Assembly (NCBI GenBank): GCA_040768745.1
Contig: JAXGMI010000002.1
Coordinates: forward strand, 704,001 to 768,000
DNA from: Desulfomicrobium sp.
GTDB taxonomy: Bacteria > Desulfobacterota > Desulfovibrionia > Desulfovibrionales > Desulfomicrobiaceae
DNA: 64,000 nt
Direction of reading: 5' to 3'
In this document: one piece after another, positions 56,744-64,000 of the stretch
How the letters are laid out: each line of letters begins with the position of its first letter
Numbering within the stretch: position 1 is the stretch's first letter
The notes under the pieces: generated by a model
The model's input: the letters and a program-made list of their open reading frames with translations, nothing else
The model's database searches: none
What the model was told of the DNA's origin: nothing
Translations under genes and position numbers: made by a program

Positions 56744-59080
56744 ATGCTGCCCCTTTTCATTCTCCTCTTCATTGTCCTCGCCGCCCTGGTCCTTTTCATC
56801 GGCGGTTGGCTGCCTGCGGATGTGGTCGGGATCATGGTCCTCGCCGGCCTGGCCCTGTCCGGCCTGGTATCCCCGGAACAGGCCGTGGCCGGGTTCAGCA
56901 GTCCGGCGGTCATCACCGTGCTGGCTATGTTCATCCTCTCAGCCGGACTGACCCGCACGGGAGTGGCCTACCGCATCGGTCAACCCCTTCTGCTCTTCGC
57001 CCGCCAAGGGGAGACCGTGCTGGTCGTCATCCTCATGGCTGCTTCCAGCATTCTTTCGGCTCTCATCAACACCACCACCGTGGCCGTCATCCTGCTGCCC
57101 GCGACCATGGATCTGGCCCGCCGCAGCGGCCTGCCGCCAGCACGCCTGCTCATGCCCATGGCCCTGGGATGCCTGCTCGGAGGGCCTTTCACAGGCATAT
57201 CCACTCCTCCGAACATCCTGGCCACCGACGCCCTGCGCACCGCCGGACTGACGACCTTTGAGATTTTCGATTTCACCCCCATCACCGGCGCCCTGGTTTT
57301 GTCCGGTATTGTTTTCATGGTGGTCTTGGGCATGCGCCTGCTGCCCAGAGGAATAGCGCAAGGAGTGCATAAAAACGGCATCGAAACCTCCTACGAGGTC
57401 GGAACTCACATCTTCACCATCGAACTCCCGCCGACGTCGCCTCTCGTGGGCCGCAACCTTGCTGAAAGCAGGCTGGGCTCGGCCCTGTACCTGACGGTGG
57501 TTGGTCTGCATCGCGGAGGAGAACTGATCCTCTCTCCCAGAACCCAGGAAACACTGCACGCCGGAGATATCATCATTGTCCATGGACAAGCGGACCAGGC
57601 CAGCCGATTCCACGGCAGCCGGCACCTGCAGGTCGAACCAGCCGGACCCGAAACAGGGGAGATCACCCGCCGTCTGATCACGGCCACGGTCCGCATCGGC
57701 AAGGGTTCTCCGCTCCTAGCCCGCACCCTGGTCGAGAGCGGCCTGCGCCGGGACCATCGCGTGCATGTTCTGGCCCTCAATTCCCCGACAGGTGAATGCC
57801 TGGGGGATATCCGCCAACATCGTTTCGAGGAAGGGGACAGACTCATCCTTCAGGGCGAGCACGAAATCCTGGAAAGCCTGACGGACAAGGGGCTTTTCGA
57901 GCCCGAGACACAACTGGCCCAGGACCGGGACGAAACTCGGGCCTGTGAACTGCTCAGCCTCTGTTCCTTGCGGGTGCCTGAAGGGTCGGTGCTGGCCGGG
58001 CGCAATCTGGTGGAAAGCCGCCTGGGCAACGCCTTCGGCCTGACAGTGGTGGGTCTGGTGCGGGACAGCAACGTGACCTGCCTCCCCGCCCCGGAGGAAA
58101 CGGTTCAGGCCGGTGACCTGCTCGTGATCCAGGGTCTGGTGCGGGACATCGAGATCTTCAAAGGACTGCAGGAGCTGGCGATCTCGGAACATTCCTCGCG
58201 GCTGGCCGCCGAACTCGAGTCCCAGCAGGTCGGCATGACCGAGGTGCTGCTTTCCCCCCGCACAACCCTGGCCGGCAAAACCCTCAACGACCTGCTCTTC
58301 CGCGATCATTACGGGCTGAGTGTCCTGGCCGTGTTGCGCAAGGGTCAGACTGCCCGCGCGGGGCTGCAGGACATGCCCCTGCAGTTCGGCGACGCGCTGC
58401 TGGTGTACGGCCCGCGCCAGAACCTGGAAGCCGTGGCCCGGGACGACGACTTCCTCGTCCTGGACCAGGCCGCAGCCCAGGCGCCGCGCCTGCACAAGGC
58501 GCCACTGGCAGCCATCATCATGGTGGCCGTTCTGCTCAGCGCCATCCTGGGGTTCGTGCCCATCGCCATCGCGGCCCTGACCGGAGTGGCGGCCATGGTC
58601 GTCGGCGGCTGCCTGACCATGGAGGAGGCCTACCGCGCCATCGAATGGAAGGTGATCTTCCTCATCGCCGGCATGCTCCCCCTGGGCTTGGCCATCGAAA
58701 ACACAGGAGCCGCGCAGATGGGGGCGGAAGCGCTCATCGGCATGGTGGGCGACCTTGGGCCGCGCTGGGTCGTGGCCGCGTTGTTCGGAGTGACGGTGCT
58801 CGGCACGCAGGTCATCCCCACGGCGGCCCTGGTGGTGCTCATGGCGCCCGTGACCCTCGGCGCAGCCTCCCAGCTGGGCATCTCGCCGCAGCTTCTGATG
58901 ATGACCGTGGCCATGGCCGCCTCGGCGAGCTTCGCCAGCCCCCTTTCCCACCCGGCCCACCTGCTGGTGATGGGGCCCGGCGGATACAGGTTCATGGACT
59001 ACGTGAAGGTTGGCGTGCCCCTGACCGTCGTAGTCATGGCAGTGTCGGTCTGGCTGCTGCCTATCCTCTGGCCCGCATGA
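56744..59080 (+). CDS. SLC13/CitMHS-type permease with four RCK_C (TrkA-C) domains
   Basis: GFSSPAVIT, SALINTT, GISTPPNIL, four repeats of ..P..S.L.G..L....G..V....GD.L.V.G, C-terminal GPGGYRFMDYVKVG.PL. Confidence 0.9.
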   Translation: MLPLFILLFIVLAALVLFIGGWLPADVVGIMVLAGLALSGLVSPEQAVAGFSSPAVITVLAMFILSAGLTRTGVAYRIGQPLLLFARQGETVLVVILMAASSILSALINTTTVAVILLPATMDLARRSGLPPARLLMPMALGCLLGGPFTGISTPPNILATDALRTAGLTTFEIFDFTPITGALVLSGIVFMVVLGMRLLPRGIAQGVHKNGIETSYEVGTHIFTIELPPTSPLVGRNLAESRLGSALYLTVVGLHRGGELILSPRTQETLHAGDIIIVHGQADQASRFHGSRHLQVEPAGPETGEITRRLITATVRIGKGSPLLARTLVESGLRRDHRVHVLALNSPTGECLGDIRQHRFEEGDRLILQGEHEILESLTDKGLFEPETQLAQDRDETRACELLSLCSLRVPEGSVLAGRNLVESRLGNAFGLTVVGLVRDSNVTCLPAPEETVQAGDLLVIQGLVRDIEIFKGLQELAISEHSSRLAAELESQQVGMTEVLLSPRTTLAGKTLNDLLFRDHYGLSVLAVLRKGQTARAGLQDMPLQFGDALLVYGPRQNLEAVARDDDFLVLDQAAAQAPRLHKAPLAAIIMVAVLLSAILGFVPIAIAALTGVAAMVVGGCLTMEEAYRAIEWKVIFLIAGMLPLGLAIENTGAAQMGAEALIGMVGDLGPRWVVAALFGVTVLGTQVIPTAALVVLMAPVTLGAASQLGISPQLLMMTVAMAASASFASPLSHPAHLLVMGPGGYRFMDYVKVGVPLTVVVMAVSVWLLPILWPA

Positions 59081-59362
59081 CCCCCCGCAAAACGAAAAGC
59101 AAGACTTGAACCGGGCAGAGCAGGACCCTGTTTTACCCATCCTCGCTTCCCCTCGGGACATTTTCTGACGCCCCGCAGGTGCCTGCACACGCCAGCCCCG
59201 ATACCTTGAAGGTTGAATCCTGAATTGTCAGGGGCCGGCGAGCCCCTGCCGCAGCGCTTCCCAGTTTGGCCCTTTCGGGCCTCTGACTGCCATCTTTGAC
59301 ACGGCCGCTGAAATTACATGCAGAGCCACAAGAAAATTCCATATTCAAAATCGCAGGATATC

Positions 59363-59410
59363 TGTCAAAATGTTATTTTTTGTTATTTTTGTGTTTTTTT
59401 ATGTTAAATT
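59363..59410 (+). promoter_or_regulatory. Phased TGTTATTTTT-like direct repeats (candidate DeoR-family operator)
   Basis: TGTTA at 59371, 59381 and 59402, TGTTT at 59392; 10-11 bp period in an AT-rich patch. Confidence 0.55.
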
Positions 59411-59416
59411 TGTGAG

Positions 59417-59986
59417 GTGTCACGCCAGGAAGCCAAGCGAGCCATCGCCAGCAATGCCGCCGAACTGATCGAGGAAAACAGCTGCATCCTCCTCGACGCA
59501 GGGACCACAACACTCGAACTGGCCCTGCTGCTGCGGAACTTGCACCTGACCGTTATCACAACCGATCTGCAAATCGCCCTCGTCCTCTCCAAATTCCCCA
59601 CAGTCACCGTGTACACCACCGGCGGTTGCGTGGACCGGCTGACCAGTTCCCATGTCGGTGATGCTGCCATTTCCTTCCTTTCCACTGTCCAGGCGGACAA
59701 GGCCTTCATCGGGACCAATGTCTGGGACTGCGGACACGGCGTGGCCACGACATCGTCCGTCAAACAGCATCTCAAACGCCGCATGATGGCCAGCGCCGGT
59801 CAGAGCATATTGCTCGCAGACTCGAGCAAATACGGATTGTGCAGTACATGGCGAGTCGCTGCACTGGCTGACTTCTCGTGTATTGTCACCGACACGGAAC
59901 TTTCCCGTGAACATCAAGAAGAAGTTCGGGCCGCAGGCGGACATTTGCGTCTGGCCAACGGCCTCAATGGCGGGTTTGAAATTTAA
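59417..59986 (+). pseudogene. DeoR/GlpR regulator, C-terminal sensor domain only (HTH missing)
   Basis: AKRAIA..AA.LI.....ILLDAGTTT...VITTDL...GG...LLADSSKYG; no N-terminal HTH upstream. Confidence 0.8.
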
Positions 59987-60005
59987 GGCGGAGGAACGAC
60001 GAACA

Positions 60006-60155
60006 ATGTGCGATGTTGCGGTTATTGCCGACGACCTGACCGGAGCCAACGCGGCGGGCTCCCTCCTTGCGGCCAAAGGCCTCAAGGTGCTGACCAGCCT
60101 CGGGCTAGATGGTTTCATATCCAGCCAATCCGGCGATTTTGACGCTGTCTGCTGA
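60006..60155 (+). pseudogene. N-terminal fragment of a four-carbon acid-sugar kinase (DUF1537 family)
   Basis: RBS GGAGG; VAVIADDLTGANAAG signature; stops after 49 codons. Confidence 0.8.
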
Positions 60156-60430
60156 CCCTGATCAACATCCTGCTGCCCATCGCCCAAACCATCGGGCTGG
60201 ACCCTCTCCTCCTGGGCATCATCATGGTGGTCAACACGTCCATCGGCATGATCACACCGCCCATGGCCGTGAACCTGTTCGTCGCCCAAGGCATTGCGCG
60301 CGAATACGGGACCACCCTGGAAAGCATCAGCAAACGGATCATTCCCTTCTTCCTGATGGAACTGGTGGTTCTCTTCCTGGTCAGCAATGTTCCGGGCATC
60401 TCTCTGGGCATATTGCAGCTCTTCCGCTGA
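60149..60430 (+). pseudogene. C-terminal fragment of a TRAP transporter large permease (DctM)
   Basis: ILLPIAQTIGLDPLLLGIIMVVNTSIGMITPPMAVNLFVA...IIPF....LV..VP.ISL; in-frame stop at 60140 upstream. Confidence 0.85.
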
Positions 60431-60453
60431 TCTTTGCTGGCGGATCGAAATAC

Positions 60454-60489
60454 AAAGGCCTTCCGGCTGCTCCCGGAAGGCCTTTTTTT
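60454..60489. terminator. Intrinsic terminator of the remnant operon (possibly bidirectional)
   Basis: AAAGGCCTTCCGG / CCGGAAGGCCTTT stem plus T-run. Confidence 0.8.
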
Positions 60490-60510
60490 CTCTCGTCAGA
60501 CAGTGCGATC

Positions 60511-61779
60511 TCATTCCAGGGCCTGATCCAAATCCGCCAGGATGTCATCGATATGCTCAATCCCTACGGACAAACGCACCAGGTCCGGGGTGATGCCCGC
60601 CTGGACCTGCTCTTTCTCTGACAGCTGAGAGTGCGTGGTGCTGGCCGGATGGATGGCCAGGGTCTTGGCGTCGCCGACATTGGCCAAGTGGGATACGAGG
60701 CGCAGACTGTTGATGAATCGGCGCCCGGAGGCAAGGCCTCCCTTGACTCCGAACACGACCATGCCGCCAAACCCGCGCATGAACATGGTCCTGGCCAGGG
60801 TGTGGGACGGGTCACCCGGCAGGCCGGGATAGCGCACCCAGGCCACCCGGGGATGCCCGGCCAGGAACTCGGCCACCTGCAGGGCGTTCTCGCTGTGCCG
60901 CTCCATGCGCAGGGCCAGGGTTTCGAGCCCCTGTAAAAAAATCCAGCAGTTGTCCGGCGAGATGCAGGCCCCGAGGTTGCGCAGGGGCACCAGGCGCATG
61001 CGCAGAATGAAGGCCAGGGGATTCAGTTCGCCCAGGTCATGGGCGTAGCGCAGGCCGTGGTAGGAAGCGTCGGGCTCGTTGTAGAGGGCGAACTTGGGGT
61101 CGGCCCAGTCGAACGAGCCGGCATCGACCACCGCCCCGCCGATGGCCGTGCCGTGGCCGCCGATCCACTTGGTCAGGGAATGGATGACGATGTCCGCCCC
61201 GTATTCCATGGGCCGGAAGAGGTAGGGCGTGGCGAAGGTGGCGTCCACCACCAGGGGCAGATGGTATTCGCGGGCCAGGGCCGCCAGGGTCTCGATGTTG
61301 GCCACGTCCAGGGCCGGGTTGCCGATGACCTCGGTATAGATCAGCCTGGTGCGCTTGTTGATGGCCGCACGAACTGCCTCCGGGTCGTGGATGTCGACAA
61401 AGCGCGTGGTGATCCCGGCCTCGGACAGGATGGACGCGAACATGGTGTGGGTGCCGCCATAGATGGTGGACGAGGAAACCAGTTCGTCCCCCTGGCGGCA
61501 GATATTGATGACCGTGTAATGGATGGCCGCCGTGCCCGAGGCCAAGGCCAGGGCGGCCTTGCCGCCTTCCAATGCGGCCAAGCGGGTTTCCAGGACCTCC
61601 TGGGTGGGGTTGCCGAGGCGGGTGTAGATGTGCCCAGGCTGACGCAGGGCGAAGAGGTCGGCCGCATGGTCCGTGTTCTTGAACAGATAGGCCGCCGTCC
61701 GGTGCACGGGCATGGCGCGGCCGCCGCTGGAGTCCGGAGCGTACCCCCAGTGCAGGGCCTTGGTTTCGAATCGGTGCAT
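60511..61779 (-). CDS. metY: O-acetylhomoserine sulfhydrylase
   Basis: YTRLGNPT, VDATFATP, HSLTKWIGGHG, HLANVGDAKTL.IHPASTTH. Confidence 0.93.
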   Translation of the reverse strand: MHRFETKALHWGYAPDSSGGRAMPVHRTAAYLFKNTDHAADLFALRQPGHIYTRLGNPTQEVLETRLAALEGGKAALALASGTAAIHYTVINICRQGDELVSSSTIYGGTHTMFASILSEAGITTRFVDIHDPEAVRAAINKRTRLIYTEVIGNPALDVANIETLAALAREYHLPLVVDATFATPYLFRPMEYGADIVIHSLTKWIGGHGTAIGGAVVDAGSFDWADPKFALYNEPDASYHGLRYAHDLGELNPLAFILRMRLVPLRNLGACISPDNCWIFLQGLETLALRMERHSENALQVAEFLAGHPRVAWVRYPGLPGDPSHTLARTMFMRGFGGMVVFGVKGGLASGRRFINSLRLVSHLANVGDAKTLAIHPASTTHSQLSEKEQVQAGITPDLVRLSVGIEHIDDILADLDQALE

Positions 61780-61818
61780 GAGTCCTCCTGACCGGCAAAC
61801 CGGAAAGCAACAAGGCGT

Positions 61819-62451
61819 TTACACGCCGGTTATCATGAAGATGCCGTACGACGCCAGAAGATTGGGCCAGAAGCGGACCGCCCGGGCCTTTCCTTCTCCC
61901 GACGGATTGACGGCCAGAGAACGCCGGATGGCAAAGGGCACTGCCCGGGAATAGGCCCAGAAATCATCCAGGCTCAGGACCCGGATGTTGGGCGTGTTGT
62001 ACCACTGGTAGGGGAGCTCCGGCGTGACCGGCACGTGGCCGGAAAAGGCCATCTGCAGCCTGATCTGCAGGCAGCAGAAATTGGGAAAGCTGACGATGCC
62101 CCACCTCCCCACTCTCAGCATCTGTTGGATGAGTATTGTGGGGTCGTAGGCCTGCTGCAAGGTCTGGCTGACCACCACATAGTCAAAGGCGTTGTCCGGA
62201 AAACCCGGCAATTCCGTGTTGATGTCCCCGTGAATCACGGACAGGCCCTGGGCAATGCAGGATACGACCTCGTCCTCGTCATGCTCGATGCCCAGCCCCA
62301 GCACGCCCTTGGTGTCCCGCAGGTGGCGCAGGAGCAGTCCCCCGGCGCAACCGAGGTCCAGCACGCGGCTGCCCGGCTCGATCCACGAGGCCACGATGCG
62401 CAGGTCGAAACGCAGGTCCTTCGCGGATTCTGCGCGGTGTTCAGCAGCCAT
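61819..62451 (-). CDS. metW: Methionine biosynthesis protein MetW
   Basis: SRVLDLGC, FDYVVVSQTLQ, IVSFPNF, LPYQWYNTPNI. Confidence 0.93.
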   Translation of the reverse strand: MAAEHRAESAKDLRFDLRIVASWIEPGSRVLDLGCAGGLLLRHLRDTKGVLGLGIEHDEDEVVSCIAQGLSVIHGDINTELPGFPDNAFDYVVVSQTLQQAYDPTILIQQMLRVGRWGIVSFPNFCCLQIRLQMAFSGHVPVTPELPYQWYNTPNIRVLSLDDFWAYSRAVPFAIRRSLAVNPSGEGKARAVRFWPNLLASYGIFMITGV

Positions 62452-63589
62452 GCAGCCCCCCCAGGAAGCCACGGATGACCGTCTCGAGCCGCGGATCAGG
62501 CAGCAGAAAGGCGTCATGCCCCCAGGCGGCGGTGATCTCGCAAAAGCTGACGTCCCGATCAAGTTCCTTCAGGACATTCACCATCTGCCGGGACTGATAG
62601 GTCGGATACAGCCAGTCCGAGGTGAAAGAGACAAGCAGAAATCGGGCATTTGTCACGGCCAGGGCTTTTCGGGTCGGACTGTCGGCATTGCCCAGGTCCA
62701 GATCGAAATAATCTGCGGCCTTTGTGATATAGAGAAAGGCGTTGGCGTCGAAGCGCTCCACGAACTTCTTTCCCTGGTGGTGCAGATAACTTTCGACCTG
62801 AAATTCGGTTTCGAAACTGAAGGCGAACCCCCCTCCATGGCGCAGTTCTCGCCCGAACTTCAGATGCATGGACTCGTCCGAGAGATAGGTGATGTGCCCG
62901 ATCATGCGGGCCACGGCCAGGCCCAGGTCCGGCCGCACTCCGTCATAGTAGTCGCCGTTCCTCCAATTGGGATCGCTCATGATGGACTGCCTGGCCACCT
63001 CGTTGAAGGCGATGGCCTGGGGGGAATGACGGCTTGTCGTGGCCAGGGCCAGGACTCCTTTCATCATGTTTGGATAGCTTGCGGCCCATTGCAGAACCTG
63101 CATCCCGCCCAGGGAGCCGCCGACCACGGCCAGCAGACATTCGATGCCGAGATGCCGAAGCAGCTCGCGCTGGGCCCGGACCATGTCGGCGATGGTCACG
63201 ATGGGAAAATCCAGGCCCCAGTACCGGCCGGTGGCGGGGTTGATGGAGGATGGTCCGCACGAACCCATGCAGCTGCCAATGACATTGGAACAGACCACGA
63301 AATAGCGGTCCGTATCGATGGGTTTGCCTGGTCCCACATAGTGATCCCACCATCCGGGCTTGTCATCGCCCTCATGGAACCCGGCCACATGGGCGTCGCC
63401 GGTCAGGGCGTGACAGACGAGAACCGCATTGGAACATTCGGAGTTCAATTGTCCATAGGTTTCATAGGCCAGGGATACGGGCCCCAAATCCACGCCACTG
63501 TCCAGAACCATGGTCCGCGGGGGATGGGCAAAGGTGAAAGACTGGGTCCGGACCAGGCCAACGCTGGGGGAGGAGATCATCGCGTGCAT
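62441..63589 (-). CDS. metX: Homoserine O-acetyltransferase (start 63589 or 63580)
   Basis: AYETYG.LN, CHALTGD, GGSLGGMQ, RFDAN, GHDAFL. Confidence 0.95.
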   Translation of the reverse strand: MHAMISSPSVGLVRTQSFTFAHPPRTMVLDSGVDLGPVSLAYETYGQLNSECSNAVLVCHALTGDAHVAGFHEGDDKPGWWDHYVGPGKPIDTDRYFVVCSNVIGSCMGSCGPSSINPATGRYWGLDFPIVTIADMVRAQRELLRHLGIECLLAVVGGSLGGMQVLQWAASYPNMMKGVLALATTSRHSPQAIAFNEVARQSIMSDPNWRNGDYYDGVRPDLGLAVARMIGHITYLSDESMHLKFGRELRHGGGFAFSFETEFQVESYLHHQGKKFVERFDANAFLYITKAADYFDLDLGNADSPTRKALAVTNARFLLVSFTSDWLYPTYQSRQMVNVLKELDRDVSFCEITAAWGHDAFLLPDPRLETVIRGFLGGLHGC

Positions 63590-63734
63590 GTTCTCAGTTG
63601 AACTGCCCAATGCGACAGAGGAAGGCAATACCTTTGACCGGAATCAGGACCGACCCTCACAAGGATCTTCAGGCAAGAGGATTCGACATCAAAGGGCTTC
63701 ATGGAGGGGGAAGGGGCATACATGCTGGACAGGG

Positions 63735-64000
63735 TCAGGTCCCCGCGTCCAGGATCCTTCGCACGCGCAGCAGGCGGGGGGCCCAGTAACTGTCGAAATC
63801 GGACAGGATCACCCCGGCGCTGGCCGAGGCGTGCAGGAATTGCCGTCCTGTAACAAGCACCCCGACGTGGTCACTCCCCTTGTCCAGAAAATAGAGCAGA
63901 TCGCCGGGCCGCATCTCCCCGGCATCAACCCCGCGTCCCAGCCTGCTTTGCTCAATGGAAGTCCGGGGCAGATTCAACTGGAACGCATCGCGGAAAACGG
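63735..64000 (-). CDS. NlpC/P60 (C40 peptidase) protein, C-terminal part; truncated by window edge
   Basis: LPRTS.EQ...G, PGDLLYF, HVG.....FLHAS..GV, YW......RRI. Confidence 0.88.
   Translation of the reverse strand, partial: VFRDAFQLNLPRTSIEQSRLGRGVDAGEMRPGDLLYFLDKGSDHVGVLVTGRQFLHASASAGVILSDFDSYWAPRLLRVRRILDAGT

Noticed and set aside
63590..63734. SAM riboswitch upstream of metX
   Set aside because: No ATC..GAG / GAGGGA..GGCCC / GCAACC core on the minus strand
1..64000. Many long antisense or alternate-frame ORFs (e.g. 21371-23401 +, 52613-55090 +, 30985-32586 -, 57716-59188 -)
   Set aside because: They shadow well-supported genes, have no recognisable motifs, and are expected in GC-rich DNA
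1..64000. CRISPR array, IS/transposase, integrase, prophage, rRNA
   Set aside because: No regularly spaced repeats or such ORFs seen by eye; the CI-like HTH near 29900-30100 has no phage context

Overview
GC-rich bacterial chromosomal DNA. Gene content (Orange-protein-type cluster, futalosine-pathway mqnA, Rex-like site at adk, many sigma-54 and two-component modules) suggests a sulfate-reducing Desulfobacterota member, probably Desulfomicrobium/Desulfovibrio-like; this is inference. Left to right: gcvT end, rsmE, an exported thioredoxin/peroxiredoxin pair; a sigma-54 activator divergent from a TauE-DUF1634-pseudo-activator-phosphorelay operon; a DUF134/NifX/MinD-Fe-S (Orp-like) operon; nfeD-SPFH; icd; a PhnD-like lipoprotein/HK/RR/dikinase-like/phosphatase operon; HDOD; FadL divergent from a multi-PAS + phage-CI-type HTH protein; TPR lipoprotein; motAB; DEAD-box helicase; tRNA-Lys(CTT); radical SAM, nudC, flavoprotein; adk, mqnA, suhB; hydantoinase-like + HDAC-like pair; DUF47-pit; TPP riboswitch with thiSGHFE; pfkA; an FbpABC/AfuABC-type ABC transporter; an SLC13 permease; a deletion-collapsed DeoR/DUF1537-kinase/TRAP remnant; metX-metW-metY; an NlpC/P60 end. 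No CRISPR array, transposase, integrase or prophage was seen. Best leads: (1) an apparently split sigma-54 activator, with a sensorless intact activator plus an HTH-less, GAFTGA-less partner carrying a CX8CX3C PAS, and an identical 16-bp palindrome on both sides of the activator gene; (2) a dikinase/phosphatase signalling module; (3) twin DUF134 promoter cassettes and a DUF134-NifX fusion with an internal start; (4) a PAS-CI regulator; (5) a ~210-nt rod-like intergenic element; (6) the collapsed acid-sugar operon. All assignments are by eye from motifs; no database searches were run.
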